Origin: Geosiphon pyriformis uo1 | Taxonomy: Eukaryota; Fungi; Glomeromycota | DNA: 64,000 nucleotides | Direction of reading: 5' to 3' | Assembly (NCBI GenBank): GCA_016748015.1 | Contig: JAAOMT010000597.1 | Span: 496,001-560,000, forward strand | Part shown: in pieces, positions 1 to 15,150 of the stretch | Numbering within the stretch: the first letter of the stretch is position 1 | Layout of the letters: each line of letters opens with the position of its first letter | The notes under the pieces: model-generated | The model's database searches: none | Told to the model about the DNA's origin: nothing | What the model saw: the letters and a program-made list of their open reading frames with translations, nothing else | Position numbers and translations under genes: made by a program

Positions 1-422
1 CATAATCATCATCATCATCATCCAAACAACAACGTCAAGAAATCTTTTTACCGCTGCAAAGTAATCTGTAGCCGTCCACGCGACATCAGGTAGCAGGTTA
101 AGCATAATAGAGACACGGATTAGATTCTAGAGCATCTTTTAAGAAAAAAACAAAATTTTCTTTTATTAATAATTTTTCCCAATGATTAAAATGGCAATTT
201 ATGTTAAATATAAAAACTCCACATGGTATTACCCTTGCACGAATAACATAATCAAGACTTGACATTTATTTATTAAGGGAGGTCAGGAGAAATAGTCAAA
301 GAAGACTGGCTTAAAGTCTACACACAAAATTAATCATTTATTAAACACATGGCTTATTTTGTTCGTTTAACCTTTTGTCGATATATCCGATCTTTTGGAT
401 TAAAAAATCTCTTTTTATTCTC

Positions 423-581
423 TGACTCATTTGTTTTTTAGTGAGACGCTAACCCCTGAGTTGCGTGATATTTTTGTTGACAAAATTTTTCAAAACTAAG
501 TGAATGACCAAAGAATTTGTAGACCCAGAAAAAAAGAAGAAAATTTAGAAGTTGAGTCATTTTTTACTCAATGGTGAGTCA
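423..581. promoter_or_regulatory. Cluster of AP-1/Gcn4-type bZIP sites
   Basis: TGACTCA 423-429, TGAGTCA 553-559, TTACTCA 564-570 and TGAGTCA 575-581 within 160 bp of gene-free sequence; target gene not visible in the window. Confidence 0.35.
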
Positions 582-617
582 ATCAGAGTTTTTCGTAAAG
601 TGTTTCATATTTTAAAA

Positions 618-652
<35 letters not shown>

Positions 653-945
653 ACTGCTAATATACACAAGCTTCCTCTTCTTCTACTTCTTCTTTTTCAT
701 TTCTCAGAAATTTCGATTCAGATCTTAATCACGGACCAACCAAACATTAACTCACGTACACGACCAGTTCACAAGCCAAGAAATGATCAAAAAAAGTTCT
801 TTCCCTGGGAACGTATCAAAATTTCTCATATTGAAGAAAAAATATAGATAAAAAAAACTGGACTTCAATAAAATCGTTCAAAATTTCTCTTCCCAAATGT
901 TTATTCAGATTTCATTGATGTTAAAAATTTTTAAACGATGTCAAA

Positions 946-947
<2 letters not shown>

Positions 948-976
<29 letters not shown>

Positions 977-1012
977 TATTATTATTATTATTGTTGTTGT
1001 TGTTGTTGTTGT
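948..1012. repeat. Compound (ATT)n-(GTT)n microsatellite
   Basis: Direct reading. Confidence 0.9.
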
Positions 1013-1437
1013 TTATGGATTCGAACCATTATTGTTAATTTGAATGTGTTTATAACTTCATTTTTCTTGGTATTAAAAAAAATAAAAATAAAAAAAAAGA
1101 TAGTTCACGCGCGTTTCAAAAACTCTCTGCAAAAAGTTTTATTGAACTCCTTCAGAGTTGGTCAAAAATTTCAATAATTAATTTTTGTCCACGTTCCCAG
1201 AGAGGTATTTCTATAAAGAAGAATACCAATGAAGTCAGAAATTAAAAATCAACACGCACGTGGGGAAACAAAAAATCAGGGATCATTTAACCTTAAAATT
1301 TTTAATCTATTTTTTTGAAACATCTTTATTATGACAATGGTTTTGATAAATGATAAACGTAAGACAATGGTTATAATGATATTAATTGATAAACATTTAA
1401 GTATGACAGTGTAGCTATATATATATTAAATTCTCAT

Positions 1438-1439
<2 letters not shown>

Positions 1440-1474
<35 letters not shown>

Positions 1475-1544
1475 TTGATGATGCTGTTGATGATGATGAT
1501 GATGATGATGATGATGTTGATGTTGATGTTGATGATAATAATAA
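1440..1544. repeat. Compound (AAT)n-(GAT)n microsatellite
   Basis: Direct reading. Confidence 0.9.
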
Positions 1545-2102
1545 CCCGAAATGTGATTCTGCATTAAAATATATACCAATGAGCGATGACAAAAAGTGAA
1601 GTTTATTTAAAATTCAGTCTGAACGTGAGCGGGAGAGTTTTTTTCTTTTTTTAAAGAGCGCGATATTTCTCACTGGTGTGGTTCTTTCGCGTAACCATTG
1701 GAACAAAGAACTAGAATAGGTGGCCCAATTGCAACGAACCACAAATGAGCGATTGTTGCATGTTAATTTTTGAGGTGACGAAATCAAATCTTTTGGGACT
1801 TTATATGCGTGAATATGTACATATGTGTGATGTAATAACAAACAACTAAGAATCCATTCCACTTTTGGAAATTTTATATTCATAAATAATTAACTTTAAA
1901 ACTGGAAAGGCTTCAATAATGAATAAATTCAAATATAGTGTGAGATGGCGTGACCTGAACCAAAAACATTATCTACCGAGTTCTAGTTTAATAGTCAGTC
2001 AATTTTTTGTAACCTGATCTAATCAGGCATTAATGAATGAACTTCCTTTTTAAATGCATCATGTTCATGGTGACACAGTGATGCATTTTGTAGGACTCGT
2101 CC

Positions 2103-2308
<206 letters not shown>

Positions 2309-4060
2309 CTTGAAACTTTCATCATAGACATTGCATGAGCATCAAAGTTTAATCCATATTCTGTAATGTAAATTACACAAAATAGCAAACTTCCGAGTGG
2401 AAAACCAATCGCGAAAATTTGCGCAGCCATAACTTAAAACTTTACGAACCAATCAAAATATGTTGGTTCGGTTAGGCGTCCCCAAGATAACAAATGTTTT
2501 TTGTCACTTTTTTGGGTATTTTATTTAAGTTTATTTTTTTCTTTTATCGGCTTAAATCATTTCTATGAGTCTGTGCGGAACACGTTTCAGTGCCCCAAGT
2601 TTGAGATTAAATTTTGGCGAAAAATTTTTTTTAACGCCTCGATCAATTATTTTTCCATGCGAACAGACTTTATAGGTTCTTCATCATGAGACAAAGGCTT
2701 GATAGGACGATCTATTTTTCACAATTTACTCCGCCTAAAAAATGCATGACAACGAACAACGATGAAAGCATGTATTATGATTATCTTTTTTTTGCCCTTT
2801 GCAGAATTCGAGAGTTTATAGCATCATCATCATCATCATCATCATCGAGATCTGTTTTGCACGCTTGAAATAAGACAGATCAGAAATTAATAATCACAAA
2901 ATCTCCCTCCCTTTATATCTGCACTAGTGCTCGTGATGAGAGACAATTTACAAAATGAACCTAAATAGATGCATTACGCAATTGAAAATATAAACAGTTT
3001 TCATGCATTTTCAACTTGTATGAAACACGGACAGAATCCAAAATCAAAACTCTTCACATTTGAACATGTTTGTATATTAAAGGCACTTCCCATTTTTACG
3101 TGCGAACGAAAAGAAAAAAAAAAACCAAAAAAAAACCAAAAAAAACCAATTTCAAAATCATTCTTAAAATTGACACGTGTCCAAATCATGCATCTTTTCT
3201 CCAACCGAGTTGACAAAGAAATAGTACTTCATGCATATCTCATCAGGGAATATCTGTTTTTGACTGTTGAATGAAAATTTTTTTTTTGCCACTATCAAAT
3301 TTCAATTTACCCATTCAAGGTCTCAAAATACATGGGAAATATTAAACCGCGTGTAACAAAAAAAAAGATTTTCATCAATCTCAACAGAGTTGGACAGGAT
3401 TCAATCTTGAAAAAGTATTCTTTTTTTTTTTTTTCTCGTTTCGCCTTTTTGACAAACTTTAAAATTCTCTTTTTTTTTTACTGTTTTTAACTTTTTTGAT
3501 TTCAAATGCATCATGATAATCCTATAGGTCTGGTGATTTCTTTACGTGTGATTATTGTCTACTCTTTTCATTAAAAAGCCTAAAGTTCGTATGTTTGGGC
3601 ATCAACAAATAGACAAACAGTTAAAATTGAGTTTTTAAATCAAAAGAATTGCGTATTATCAAGGTTTACATTAAAAGTTTCTTTTTTTATGTGGTATTAC
3701 AAAAAAATTAATTTTACCTTATTGGTTCATTCATGCATACTTTTCCCCCAATCAGAAAAGAGAGTCATGTCACTGATCCCATTTTCATGACCCCACCTGA
3801 GCTCTGCTTTTTTTGAGTTTTTTAAAAGAGTTCGATTTTCATCATTTACACACACTTTTTGTTTATCGCATGAATTAATTAATGTTGATGCTTTTTTTTT
3901 TAATATGATTCACACATAATTAGCAATTTGGATGCGTGAGCACTTGACTACCTTTTTAAAAAGAAATTTCTTACTGCGGCTTGACTCCAGTTTCGATCAG
4001 CATGCCTCTATTACCATTCAAAAATTCCAATTTTTTTTTTAAAAAAAAAAAAAAAAAAAA

Positions 4061-5050
4061 NNNNNNNNNNNNNNNNNNNNNNNNNNNNNNNNNNNNNNNN
4101 NNNNNNNNNNNNNNNNNNNNNNNNNNNNNNNNNNNNNNNNNNNNNNNNNNNNNNNNNNNNNNNNNNNNNNNNNNNNNNNNNNNNNNNNNNNNNNNNNNNN
4201 NNNNNNNNNNNNNNNNNNNNNNNNNNNNNNNNNNNNNNNNNNNNNNNNNNNNNNNNNNNNNNNNNNNNNNNNNNNNNNNNNNNNNNNNNNNNNNNNNNNN
4301 NNNNNNNNNNNNNNNNNNNNNNNNNNNNNNNNNNNNNNNNNNNNNNNNNNNNNNNNNNNNNNNNNNNNNNNNNNNNNNNNNNNNNNNNNNNNNNNNNNNN
4401 NNNNNNNNNNNNNNNNNNNNNNNNNNNNNNNNNNNNNNNNNNNNNNNNNNNNNNNNNNNNNNNNNNNNNNNNNNNNNNNNNNNNNNNNNNNNNNNNNNNN
4501 NNNNNNNNNNNNNNNNNNNNNNNNNNNNNNNNNNNNNNNNNNNNNNNNNNNNNNNNNNNNNNNNNNNNNNNNNNNNNNNNNNNNNNNNNNNNNNNNNNNN
4601 NNNNNNNNNNNNNNNNNNNNNNNNNNNNNNNNNNNNNNNNNNNNNNNNNNNNNNNNNNNNNNNNNNNNNNNNNNNNNNNNNNNNNNNNNNNNNNNNNNNN
4701 NNNNNNNNNNNNNNNNNNNNNNNNNNNNNNNNNNNNNNNNNNNNNNNNNNNNNNNNNNNNNNNNNNNNNNNNNNNNNNNNNNNNNNNNNNNNNNNNNNNN
4801 NNNNNNNNNNNNNNNNNNNNNNNNNNNNNNNNNNNNNNNNNNNNNNNNNNNNNNNNNNNNNNNNNNNNNNNNNNNNNNNNNNNNNNNNNNNNNNNNNNNN
4901 NNNNNNNNNNNNNNNNNNNNNNNNNNNNNNNNNNNNNNNNNNNNNNNNNNNNNNNNNNNNNNNNNNNNNNNNNNNNNNNNNNNNNNNNNNNNNNNNNNNN
5001 NNNNNNNNNNNNNNNNNNNNNNNNNNNNNNNNNNNNNNNNNNNNNNNNNN
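4061..5050. other. Assembly gap (run of N) flanked by poly-A and poly-G/(GGA)n
   Basis: N characters in the sequence; ORFs spanning it are artefacts. Confidence 0.99.
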
Positions 5051-5083
<33 letters not shown>

Positions 5084-5771
5084 GAGAGGAATCGGCCAAA
5101 ATTAGAATTAAATCATTACCCGACTGGGAAGCCAAGACTTTAAGAAGGGTGAAATTGACGTGGCGAAAATTGCTCACGGCCATAATCCATTTTTCCAGAC
5201 TTTTTGATTTTTGGGCATGCAGAAATGCAGGTTAGAGTTTTGACTTTCTCAGTCTGTCAGTTAATGCGCAATTGGGATTTGGAAGATATCCTGTGTTTTT
5301 TGAACACATATTAATGCACAATCAAGGATTTTCCCACGAAAGTAGAAATTAAATTTTGAAATAATGACCTATGGAAAGATCCGAAGTTAAATTGACGATA
5401 TTTTTTAGACATTGATTTTCCTAGTTTCGAATATTAAGTTAAAAAGCACTACCGAAAAATGACAAAGGTGAGTAAACAATGTCAACTGATTTTCTGCATG
5501 AGCGTATTTTTTCGTAATGTTTTTCTGATTGGGAGTGATAGGTAAGGTAGATTGGTATGAAATTCAAAGAGTGATGATTAGTAGAACACCCAGATTTTCA
5601 AGGAGATATCCTCTTGGAAATTATGCTTAAAAATTACCAATTAAAATATTGGAAAGATTTACTTTCTCTGGGGAATTGTTGATATTATTACGTATATACA
5701 TAAATAAATAATTAATGTGTTGGGCAATTTCTAAAAAAAAAAAATCAAAATGAATCATTTTAATCGATTTC

Positions 5772-5788
5772 TTATTATTATTATTATT

Positions 5789-5827
<39 letters not shown>

Positions 5828-5856
5828 ACTATTATTGTTGTTGTTTTTGTTGTTAT
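5772..5856. repeat. Compound (ATT)n-(GTT)n microsatellite
   Basis: Direct reading. Confidence 0.9.
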
Positions 5857-6449
5857 TAAAATCTTTGAAAATTTAAATTCACTCGGAATATGTCATCTTT
5901 GATTACAGAAAGTTATTTAGAGAATTACAATAGGGAGAACATGAGAGGTGAATTAATTAAAGAGATATATCATTACTGAATACTGATTTTTGTTTTTTTT
6001 TAGTACCAAAAAGATTCGAAAAAAAATAATAATGGGTTCACAAGATGAATAATACAGGGTGAAATTATTATTTTTTATTTTAAAAATAAAATTTTTTTTT
6101 ACACTTTATAAAATTAAAAAAATTTGTAAAGTCAAAAAATAAATAAATAAATACAAAATTAAATAAAACAAGATAATATAAAATAAGTGATATAAATAAA
6201 TGATATAAATAAATGATATAAATAATTAATATTAATAATTAATATTAATAATTAATATTAATAAGCAATATTTATAAGCGATATAAATGAGCTATAAATT
6301 TTATATTTTATGACGTTTAGATCGTTAATTGTGGGTGTCGGAATAATTAATATCTCATCGATTTTTAAAAATTAAGCAAAATAAAAAAAAAGTGAAAAAA
6401 AAGGGTTTTTTTTTATCATGAAAATGTATGTATATTTGGTCGCTAATAG

Positions 6450-6488
<39 letters not shown>

Positions 6489-9033
6489 ATAAGTATTATT
6501 AGTATTATTATTATTATTATTATTTACTTTGTTGCATTAAACGTTTTAGAATAATGATTAAAAAGATAAGAAATAAAATAAAATTTCCGATTTTCAAAAA
6601 CCTTGAAAATGAGAACCCAATATTTTTAACGGATTTTAAAAGTATCAAAGGTTTATGACAAGATTATATGAATCTTTGATTTAAAAAAAGTAAATTTTTT
6701 TTTAAAAAAAAAAAAAAAGATATAAATATAAATATAGAAATGAACTGATTAAATTTCTAAAGACTCTTAAAATATTATTGTTTTAATTTTTAGAATATAA
6801 TTTTTTTGTTTTCAAGATATAAGTATTTATATTTTTATTTATGTAAGAAATTAATTTATTTTCATATAAATATATATATATATATGTATGTATAATTGAA
6901 AAGAATTTTTTTTTCTATAGCAAGTAAAAAAATTTTGTATAAATTTATATTAAAAAATTGTGGTTTCAAAAAAAGGTTGGCTATATGAGAAAATTATATT
7001 TTTCCAAATATATATATATATTTTTTTTCTAATTAAATCAGATAATTTTTGATGTTTTTACCCGAAATTCATTAAATTTTGAATTTTTATTCTCGAATTG
7101 TAGATTAACAGACTGATTAAAATTTCAAGTATTAAGAGTAAACCGCTACCTAACGTTTTTTTTATTTTTAGGATTAGATCCAATTTCCTTGAATAGTATG
7201 AGTTTGTGATGCTCTGTATAGGATTGATATGTTATTTTCAGACGCGTTGAAAAAAAAAAAAACAACAACTTTATAATGGAGTTGTGACTTTTATTACCTG
7301 GGAGAAAAACCCATTAAATTAAAAATTAAAAATAAATAAATAAATAATAATAATAAATAAATAATAATAAATAAATAATAATAATAAATAATAATAATAA
7401 TAATAATAAATACTAATGTTCAATTAGATATTTGCATATTGATAATAAAAATTTGATTAAAAAAAGACCCAGTAAACCGATTATCACCATCTAGAGACTC
7501 TTGAAAAAAATAATATGGCAATGAATTTCCCCAAGTCATATGTATAAATATTTTTTTAATGAGTTTCAAGAATTTTAATACTTGTTTATACGGGAAATCT
7601 TTTTAATAAAAATGAAAAGATCATTTCGAAGTAAGGTAAGTAGGTAACTGTGATCTCCCCCCCACCCCAAATGTGATCAAAAGTATAAATTTTAATTGGC
7701 TTTATCTGGTATATCCTATATTATTGAACTATTATAAGAATCTTCAAATATTTTATATTTGTGATATATCAATAAATATCTTTATGTTTACATTTAAAAT
7801 CTTGAATTTTTCTCGATATATATTACCTCCCAACTGATGGAGATTAGAAAACTAAAAAGTTGAAAAGAATAATTAAAAATCAAAATATTTTGGTCAACTT
7901 ATATTAACTTTATAGATAGCAAATATAGAAAATAAAATAAAATAAAAAATAAAATAAAAAATAAAAAAAAGAAGCTGACTGAAAGTTGAAAAGCCCAATA
8001 AGTTAATTTATACCCCAAATCTATTTTTTCATAAAAGAAAAATAAAAAGTTTACCTTTATCAAAAAAATATTCATATACAATGATACATATTTTACTTTA
8101 AAATAAACAAAAAAAAAAAGTATTTATTTCATTATTACTTTTTAAAACAAGAATATTTTTTTTTCACAGTTTATCACTTTAAAGAATAACTTAATTTACT
8201 ATGCACACATCATAATAATACGGAATTTTATAAAATTTTGTCGATTCATAAAGACTTTCTTTTCATTTCATTTATCAATATTTGGACAATCTAAGATTTT
8301 TTAAGCTTTGAAAAATTATTTTTTAATTTATCTAAAAAATTTTCTCTAGTAACATTAGATTGATCTTTAAAAAAAAACCTTATCTCGACTATAATTCTGC
8401 TCATCTATTCTCTCTCATCTTAACCAAAAATCTATATAATGAATTTACACTCTTTCCTAGGAAATCGATTGTGAAAAAAAATTGTGAAAAACGATGTTCT
8501 CAAGCTAAATATCATTATTGTTTAAAATTGATTAGAATGTAAATTTCAATTATTAAAAATTTAACAGATTATCCAATTGTTTTAATCCTAAAGTAATATG
8601 GTTTAAGCTATAATTTACTCATAAATTAACGATCTTATTAAATCCTGAATAATAAGGTTTGTAATTTATAAATGGTTCATTTTTTGAATTTAAAATTTAT
8701 TTAGAAAATCATTAAAGAACTTTCGAAATTCAATTATTATTATTATTATTATTATTATCATCTATTTATTTATTATTTGGGATTAAAAGTAAATAAAAGC
8801 CCTGAAATTCCGGATTATCCTGTTAAATCTAAATTTATATTTTTATCAGAAACCTATTCCTAACTTTTTGAAATGTGTGTTACCCTTAGAAAACATATAT
8901 TCAAACAAATTTTTATATATATAATTTTACTAATAAGTTTTTAAAATTGGGGACACAAAGTTAAAAATCGTTTTATTTTATCATTTTTTAATTTTACATG
9001 CTAATTGATAAATTTGATAGTTTTAACAAAGGC

Positions 9034-9081
<48 letters not shown>

Positions 9082-10033
9082 TTATTATTATTATTATTCT
9101 TCTTCTTCTTTTTTCTTTCATCGAAAATGAAAAACAAAAATTTTGATTGATTTTAAAGAAAAAAAAAAATAATTTTTTTTTTTAAATGATTTTAAATTTT
9201 TTTTTCAGTAATTCAAAAATAAATCCAATCCAGCCTAAATTAAACTGAAAAACAGCATTAATATTACTGATTTTCCTGTTTTTTTTTTTTTTTGGTTTTT
9301 GTTCGTAGCATAAGTGCTCAAAAATCTATTCATTATATCATAATTCTTATAATTTCTTGTTGTCATTAGTCTTTGATAATTATATAATCCAAGTTTAACT
9401 AAAAATTCAGTTTAAAAATGGTCGAATAGATGGGGGGAGAAATGTGTCACAAATTTTTTAAAAAAAATAAATGCATATTTTAAAATTGATCTTTCCGAAT
9501 ATTAAATCTAAATTTTTTATCATGAAAAAAATCTATAATCTTTTCAACAATTATAATGTACACAGAAGAATTAATTGTTGTTGTTCATTTTAGCAAAATA
9601 GTAAATCTTTTGGCTTTTCACCCCAATTGTCCAGACCATTTAAAATGTCAATTTGTTTTTTTTAAAAATTTTCCTTGTTTGGGATTCTCATTTTTAATCC
9701 TGCCTTATTTGCTTGCTTGTTTATTTATTTATTTATTTAGTTTGTGTCAGGTGAATAAATTTATAATATTTAGAATTTTTTGTCAAATACCCATATTTTT
9801 ATTCAATTGTATTATATAAGATTTTGCTTATTTTAAAGGAAAAAAAATTTTTTAACCGTTCCTTGAAAATTAAAATATTTATCAAGAAAAAACTTTACCT
9901 ATAATTTTTACTTTTTTGTAAATGCAAAATTTTCAATCTTCAATTTTAAAAAAATAAAGTTGCACCCCAATCCTCCTCCAAATTAAATTCTAAATCTTCT
10001 TTTCTAAAACCTTTACTTATCAAAAATCATTCT

Positions 10034-10832
10034 CTATTTCCCACTATCTACAATAAGAATTACACATAAACAGCCGGCCAATGATAACATTGTAAAGATG
10101 CTACCAAGAACAACTGTCCCTCTACTCGCCGGAAACTTCCCAGTTGTCAGGGTATGTTGTGAATGAAAGTATCTCACAAATCCAAAACTCAAGAAAATGA
10201 TTCCAAGCAATATAAAGACTACGCCTAATGGTTTACCAACTTTTTCCTCGATAGGTGATCGAGTTGTTATATTTAGTCGAAACAATTGTGTGATTGCTAG
10301 AAACCAAGTTGTTATTGGAAAATTTAAGAAATTTGAGGAATAAATCAAAAAAACAAATTCTTTGATTTTAACTCACCAACCCCGATACTGATGAACGATA
10401 ATGAAGTTCGTAACCAGGCCAGAAATGTCCTTTCATTTGCTATAAGAAAAGAAGGTGAGAAGGAAATCTTGAGTCATTGTGATGAAATTCCATTTTCTCT
10501 TTCTAAGAGTAATATTTCACAATAAAATTCCAAGAACATCCATTTTTGCATCATCTCACTTGTGAAAACAAACCTAAATGATCTCTCGCAACACTAGCTT
10601 TATTCTCCAAATATAAAGTAGGATTTAATTGTCCCAACTTTATTCGAACCCATTCAGTAATAGGCCTTTGGTTTGAAACACGACGAGAAGCGGGAGTTGT
10701 CGAAGAACTAGCCAAAGTTGGCACTGATTTATGAGTTGTATTATTTGAAGAGAGTTCATTCAAATCACTTTCGGTTAGGTTTGGTTGGCGGCGTTGCGTT
10801 ACTCTGGTTGCAGAGTTGATGAGAGTTGTCAT
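10034..10832 (-). CDS. DUF202 (YidH-like) membrane protein, paralog A; exons 10832-10574, 10439-10377, 10296-10034
   Basis: Spliced product reads ...SVARDHL|ANERTFLAWLRTSLSFISIGV|AITQLFRL...FVRYFHSQHTLTTGKFPASRG... The ANERTFLAWLRT motif is the DUF202 signature; three hydrophobic segments; both introns are GT-AG and keep the frame. Confidence 0.92.
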
Positions 10833-10980
10833 TATTATTGAAATTATATTATCTCTTGATATCTAAAAATGTTTTATCAAAGAAATTATTTCAACAAATT
10901 TTATTACGATCTTTGATCTTTTATTTTGAATAATAAAGATATTTTTGATGATAATTGAAAAGAAAAAATTTTATTTATTA

Positions 10981-11045
10981 TGACGACAACGACGACAACG
11001 ACGACAACGACGACGACGACGACGACGATGATGATAATGATGATA
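10981..11045. repeat. (GAC/AAC)n-(GAT)n microsatellite just upstream of DUF202 paralog A
   Basis: Direct reading. Confidence 0.85.
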
Positions 11046-11989
11046 AAAAGGTATTGGATCAAAAGATATAGAAAATGCGAATAATGTTTTACATCCACAA
11101 CACTGGCCTTTTTATTTTTTATTTCTCAACTGTTTTTGAATCATGATAAACAAAAATACAAAAATCAATAGGGTTCAAAAGGTTTTATGATCCCTTTATT
11201 GTAACTTTTTTTTTTGGCGTAAAAATAGGTCCGTGAATTGGTTAAGCCGATTGTTACAATATTCAGTTATCATCTGATGACGTTTAGTAAAGCTTATTAA
11301 AAACACCTGTTTCCTGATCAACACCCTATTTTTTGCGTTTTTTGTTTATGTTAATCGTGAATTTAAAATGGAAATCGTGTGCTCTTTGTTATTAAACCTG
11401 TCAAACTGGTTCTAAAATACACAAGTAATTGGGTCGAATGCTGTTTGTTTGTACCCAGTTGTTCCAACCAATTGAAAAAAATCTTGTAGGTTTTGGACCT
11501 TTAAATCCCAATCTCAATTCTTAACTTTTCTTCCTCGTAGATCTTTCCATTAATATCACAATATTTACGCGCAAAAGAACACAAGAATGACGCAAGAGAT
11601 TAGGCTAACCTCGGAAAAATCAATCAGAATTCTGTTTAGAACAACTTTTATTTTCTCCAAAAAAAGAAAAAAGAATACATTTTTCTTGTAATTTTGCTTA
11701 AATATCATCATTAATTGGACACTAAAAGGTTGATGTGTTAAATATGAAAATTTTTAGAATTCTTTGTTAAAGGGAAACCAGTTTTTCCGCGATAGGACGT
11801 CCAATTTATAAATTGAATCTAGGGAAAAAGATAAACTCTGGAGGCTTCTCCATTTTTAAATCCTAAATTTTATGCGAGGAAAGTGAATTGGTGCTACCCA
11901 ATGATTATATGGGATGTGCTACATTTTGCTCATGCCCTTCATTCGTTTATACCGAGAAATTGTGATATGCAACGATAGAATCCCATCAG

Positions 11990-13660
11990 TATGGATGCAC
12001 TTCACAAAATGGGGAACGTGAGAATATTACTACCTTTAGTTTGTAAAATTATTCTGGGAATATTAACAATCTCAGAGACCTCATCAGTGTTTGTTGGAAT
12101 ATTAAAGTCCTTTAATTCCATGGACGCATAGAAGTCAGCGTCAATTTAGATGACCAGAATGACTCGAATGAAAAAATAAGACAAAAATCCAGGCATCGTG
12201 AAGTCATTTAAGACCTGTTTCGAAACTGCCCCGTGACAATATCCTCTACCAGAGACGTTTGCATGCCTCTTAAGTTCTTTTGTATCTCGAGAGGATTCGA
12301 GGTAACCTTGCTTTCACTTTCAACCTTTGACCCAGCTCTTTTGCATAATGAAAACTCACTGCCATAGGGTACTTTTGGAAATGATATTGCGTTAAAATGT
12401 CACTATAACGGTGGAAAAAAGATTCTCCGTATCGTAAACATCCAGCCAAACGATAACCTCCTGAATTCTCAGTGGCGTCTGCCGTTATCGCTATTGCTCG
12501 CTGAACTCGTGTAGCGCGAGATACCATCTCCTCGCTATTCAGTTTCAACAGCAAAAAATGATAAATATTAAATAATGAAGACGAAAAAACATGCGATTTG
12601 ACAATGTCTCACCAAAGTTGCGATCAAGAATGACATGGATATTTATGACAAAACTCCGGATATTCAACGTACATTTATCGAAATAGTTTAAAAACATCTC
12701 CGACATCTTGATCTTGACAATCCTCCTCAAGAATTTCATATCCAACCCTTGTTGTGTTATGATAGGATTTTCACCATAGACAAATCTTGAAAATAAGTCA
12801 ATACAATTCCACTTCATCTATTGCAAAAAGAGGTGTTTGATTAATCAACAGTAATTAAGAGGCTCATATATGAATATTTCTTATAGCCCCCATCCGGGTC
12901 AAATTATTCAATCAACACTCTCCCAAAAGTAAGCTCTTTCCGCCAACCTTTCCTCTTACACGTGTGTTGAACACGGAAGATTTGCACGTAAACCCTGGGG
13001 CATTAGCATTCCAGCATCCTTTATGTCTAAACAAGATATCCGCCTTGTCATGCTGAACTTCAAGGCAGAGTTTGGTGATTACCATGTAACAAAAAAGGCG
13101 CTTGTACATAGTAAAACAGAAATTTATTAATATTTAACTTTGGCCTGATGTGTGGCACAGTACATCAAACGCTTAATGATGCCAATAATAAAATCATTAT
13201 CAGTGGCCATTCCGTACTTCCGTTAGGTTAACGACAGTGAATTTGTAAACTACAACGGAAACGCAAATGTTCTCGTTATTGTGCGAGTATTGACCTACTC
13301 TGAGGCTTCCTCTCTCTTAATGAAATATAACGAAGATGCGGATATCTCCCGTAGTCATAAAGTATGGTTTTCTCTAAGAGACAAACACTTATGGGAAGCT
13401 CCATATCAGATTCTCATTTCTATTTCTTTATTCAGAGATAAGAAAAGAAAATTTTCTTAGAGACTTTAGTAACTGGGTTGTATGTTCCTTGGTCTTCTCT
13501 TTTAGTGCTTGAAACCAAAGCTTCCAAACTCTTTCACAGTTTAATGGATTCTCTGTGTAAGGGCCAGGTAAATTCATCTGGATTTTACCAATACTCATAA
13601 TAGTCAGCGAAACGGTATTCCTTAGGGGTGTCATCAAAATACGAATCCCATTTGGTGGTA
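11990..13660 (-). pseudogene. Disrupted gene, probably of a Glomeromycotina-expanded family with a C-terminal restriction-endonuclease-like (PD-(D/E)xK) domain
   Basis: Higher-GC island with colinear minus-strand protein-like fragments broken by stops and frameshifts: KWDSYFDDTPKEYRFADYYEYW*NPDEFTWPLHRESIKL*KSLEAL (about 13650-13515), ...ETLSNRMFFRLHYLIFIIF / SEEMVSRATRVQR...SGGYRLAG (about 12610-12440), ADFYASMELKDFNIPT (about 12140-12090). The family assignment comes from recalled resemblance, not from a search. Confidence 0.45.
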
Positions 13661-13789
13661 TTATACCTAATGTGCTGGTTGTGAGTGATATTCCAGCCAC
13701 AATTTGCATATTTTATAATCAAAACGCATGCCAAATGTTAGCCTTTAGTGCAATTTTTTCATCCTGTTTTTTTTTTTGAGAATTAAATT

Positions 13790-15150
13790 CAAAATATTAT
13801 AATTTTTATGATATAAATTAGTTTTACATTTACATTTTTATTTAGGAATAATATTATCATTAATAAAATACTTATGTCAATACATATTATTATTGACAAA
13901 ATCAAAAAAACCACCATATTTTTAAAATTAAATTATTTTTGCGATTGTTTTGTCAAAGTGTTTAAAAAAATTTGTTAAACTGTAAAAAGCTTTTCAAGTT
14001 CTTATTAAATTTATACAATAAAAAAACAATTAGTACTAGTTGATATTTTAAAAGCAAAAGTCAATTTAATAAGAAATTTATTTATTGCTAAAATTATAAT
14101 TTACTTTTTTTGTCAAAAATCTATTTTAATATGTTTAACATTGATTATATATTACTTTAAAATGTAAAAAAAATTAATATATGAAAAGGTTGCTGGAATA
14201 AAAAATTAAAATAGTTTTTAACAAAAATATGACAAGAATATTTTTTAAAATATGTTAATATTCATAAATTATTAAACTTATTAACGAATTATTTAATCAA
14301 TTATTTTTGTTGTTGACAAAATAAGTAAAAAGTTTGTATATTACCAATTTTTTGCAAAAATTTAAAAAAACCAATAAATTATTCACATTAATTACAAAAA
14401 TTGTAGTCTTTATGTAATATTTATTAACATTTGTAATTCAAAATCTGTGAAAAATTCAGGTTTTTGAAAAAATAAAATAAAATTTAATTAATATAAATAG
14501 AAATCAAATTAAAAATTTTTAATAAAAGATTAATTTTGTTTTAATAGAATAAAGAAAGTATATGAAAACAAAATTTATTAGTGATAATATAAATAGATAA
14601 AATAAAAACAAGATTTTTATTTATATTCAATAATTTATAAATACTATATTATCAAATTCAAATTTTAATTTGATTAAAAAGTTTTATTACAAGATTAAAT
14701 ATATTTTATTAATATTAATTCTGGTCTGGTTAAAGTCTACTAATTTTTTTAAAATTCAAGTTGCTAAAAATTAGTATATTTAAGACTTTAAATATTATAA
14801 AAAAATTATGGTCTTATTATTTTTAATAGTGATGTTTTCTCTTATGAAATATGAATGGCAAAGTATTTGCTTTTTTTGTTGATGAATTTAAAACATTATT
14901 TGTTTTAAAATTGTTGAAATAAAAGTTGTGAAAATTTAAAATATTATTAAATGAATTGCTTTCACTGTTGAAACAAGCAAATCAGCCAACAAGAATATTA
15001 TCTTTTCAATATAATTGCTGATTATGATGATTCAAACCCATGCATCATTTGCTCTTTTTTCTATTGAAAGATTAACTGTTCTCTTTTTTAAGCTTTTAGG
15101 AATAAAGTAAAATTTATTTGAATTAATAGTGGTAGTAAAAAAGAAAATCA
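13790..15150. repeat. Extremely AT-rich degenerate block (probable decayed repeat/TE)
   Basis: Abrupt drop in GC, near absence of CpG, no ORFs. Confidence 0.5.

Noticed and set aside
3981-5183. Long ORFs across the N run
   Set aside because: Artefacts of the assembly gap.
10034-10832. Calling the DUF202 genes VTC1
   Set aside because: They lack the Vtc1-type VEPKVFFANERTF context and instead have ARDHLANERT (YidH-like), so no symbol was assigned.
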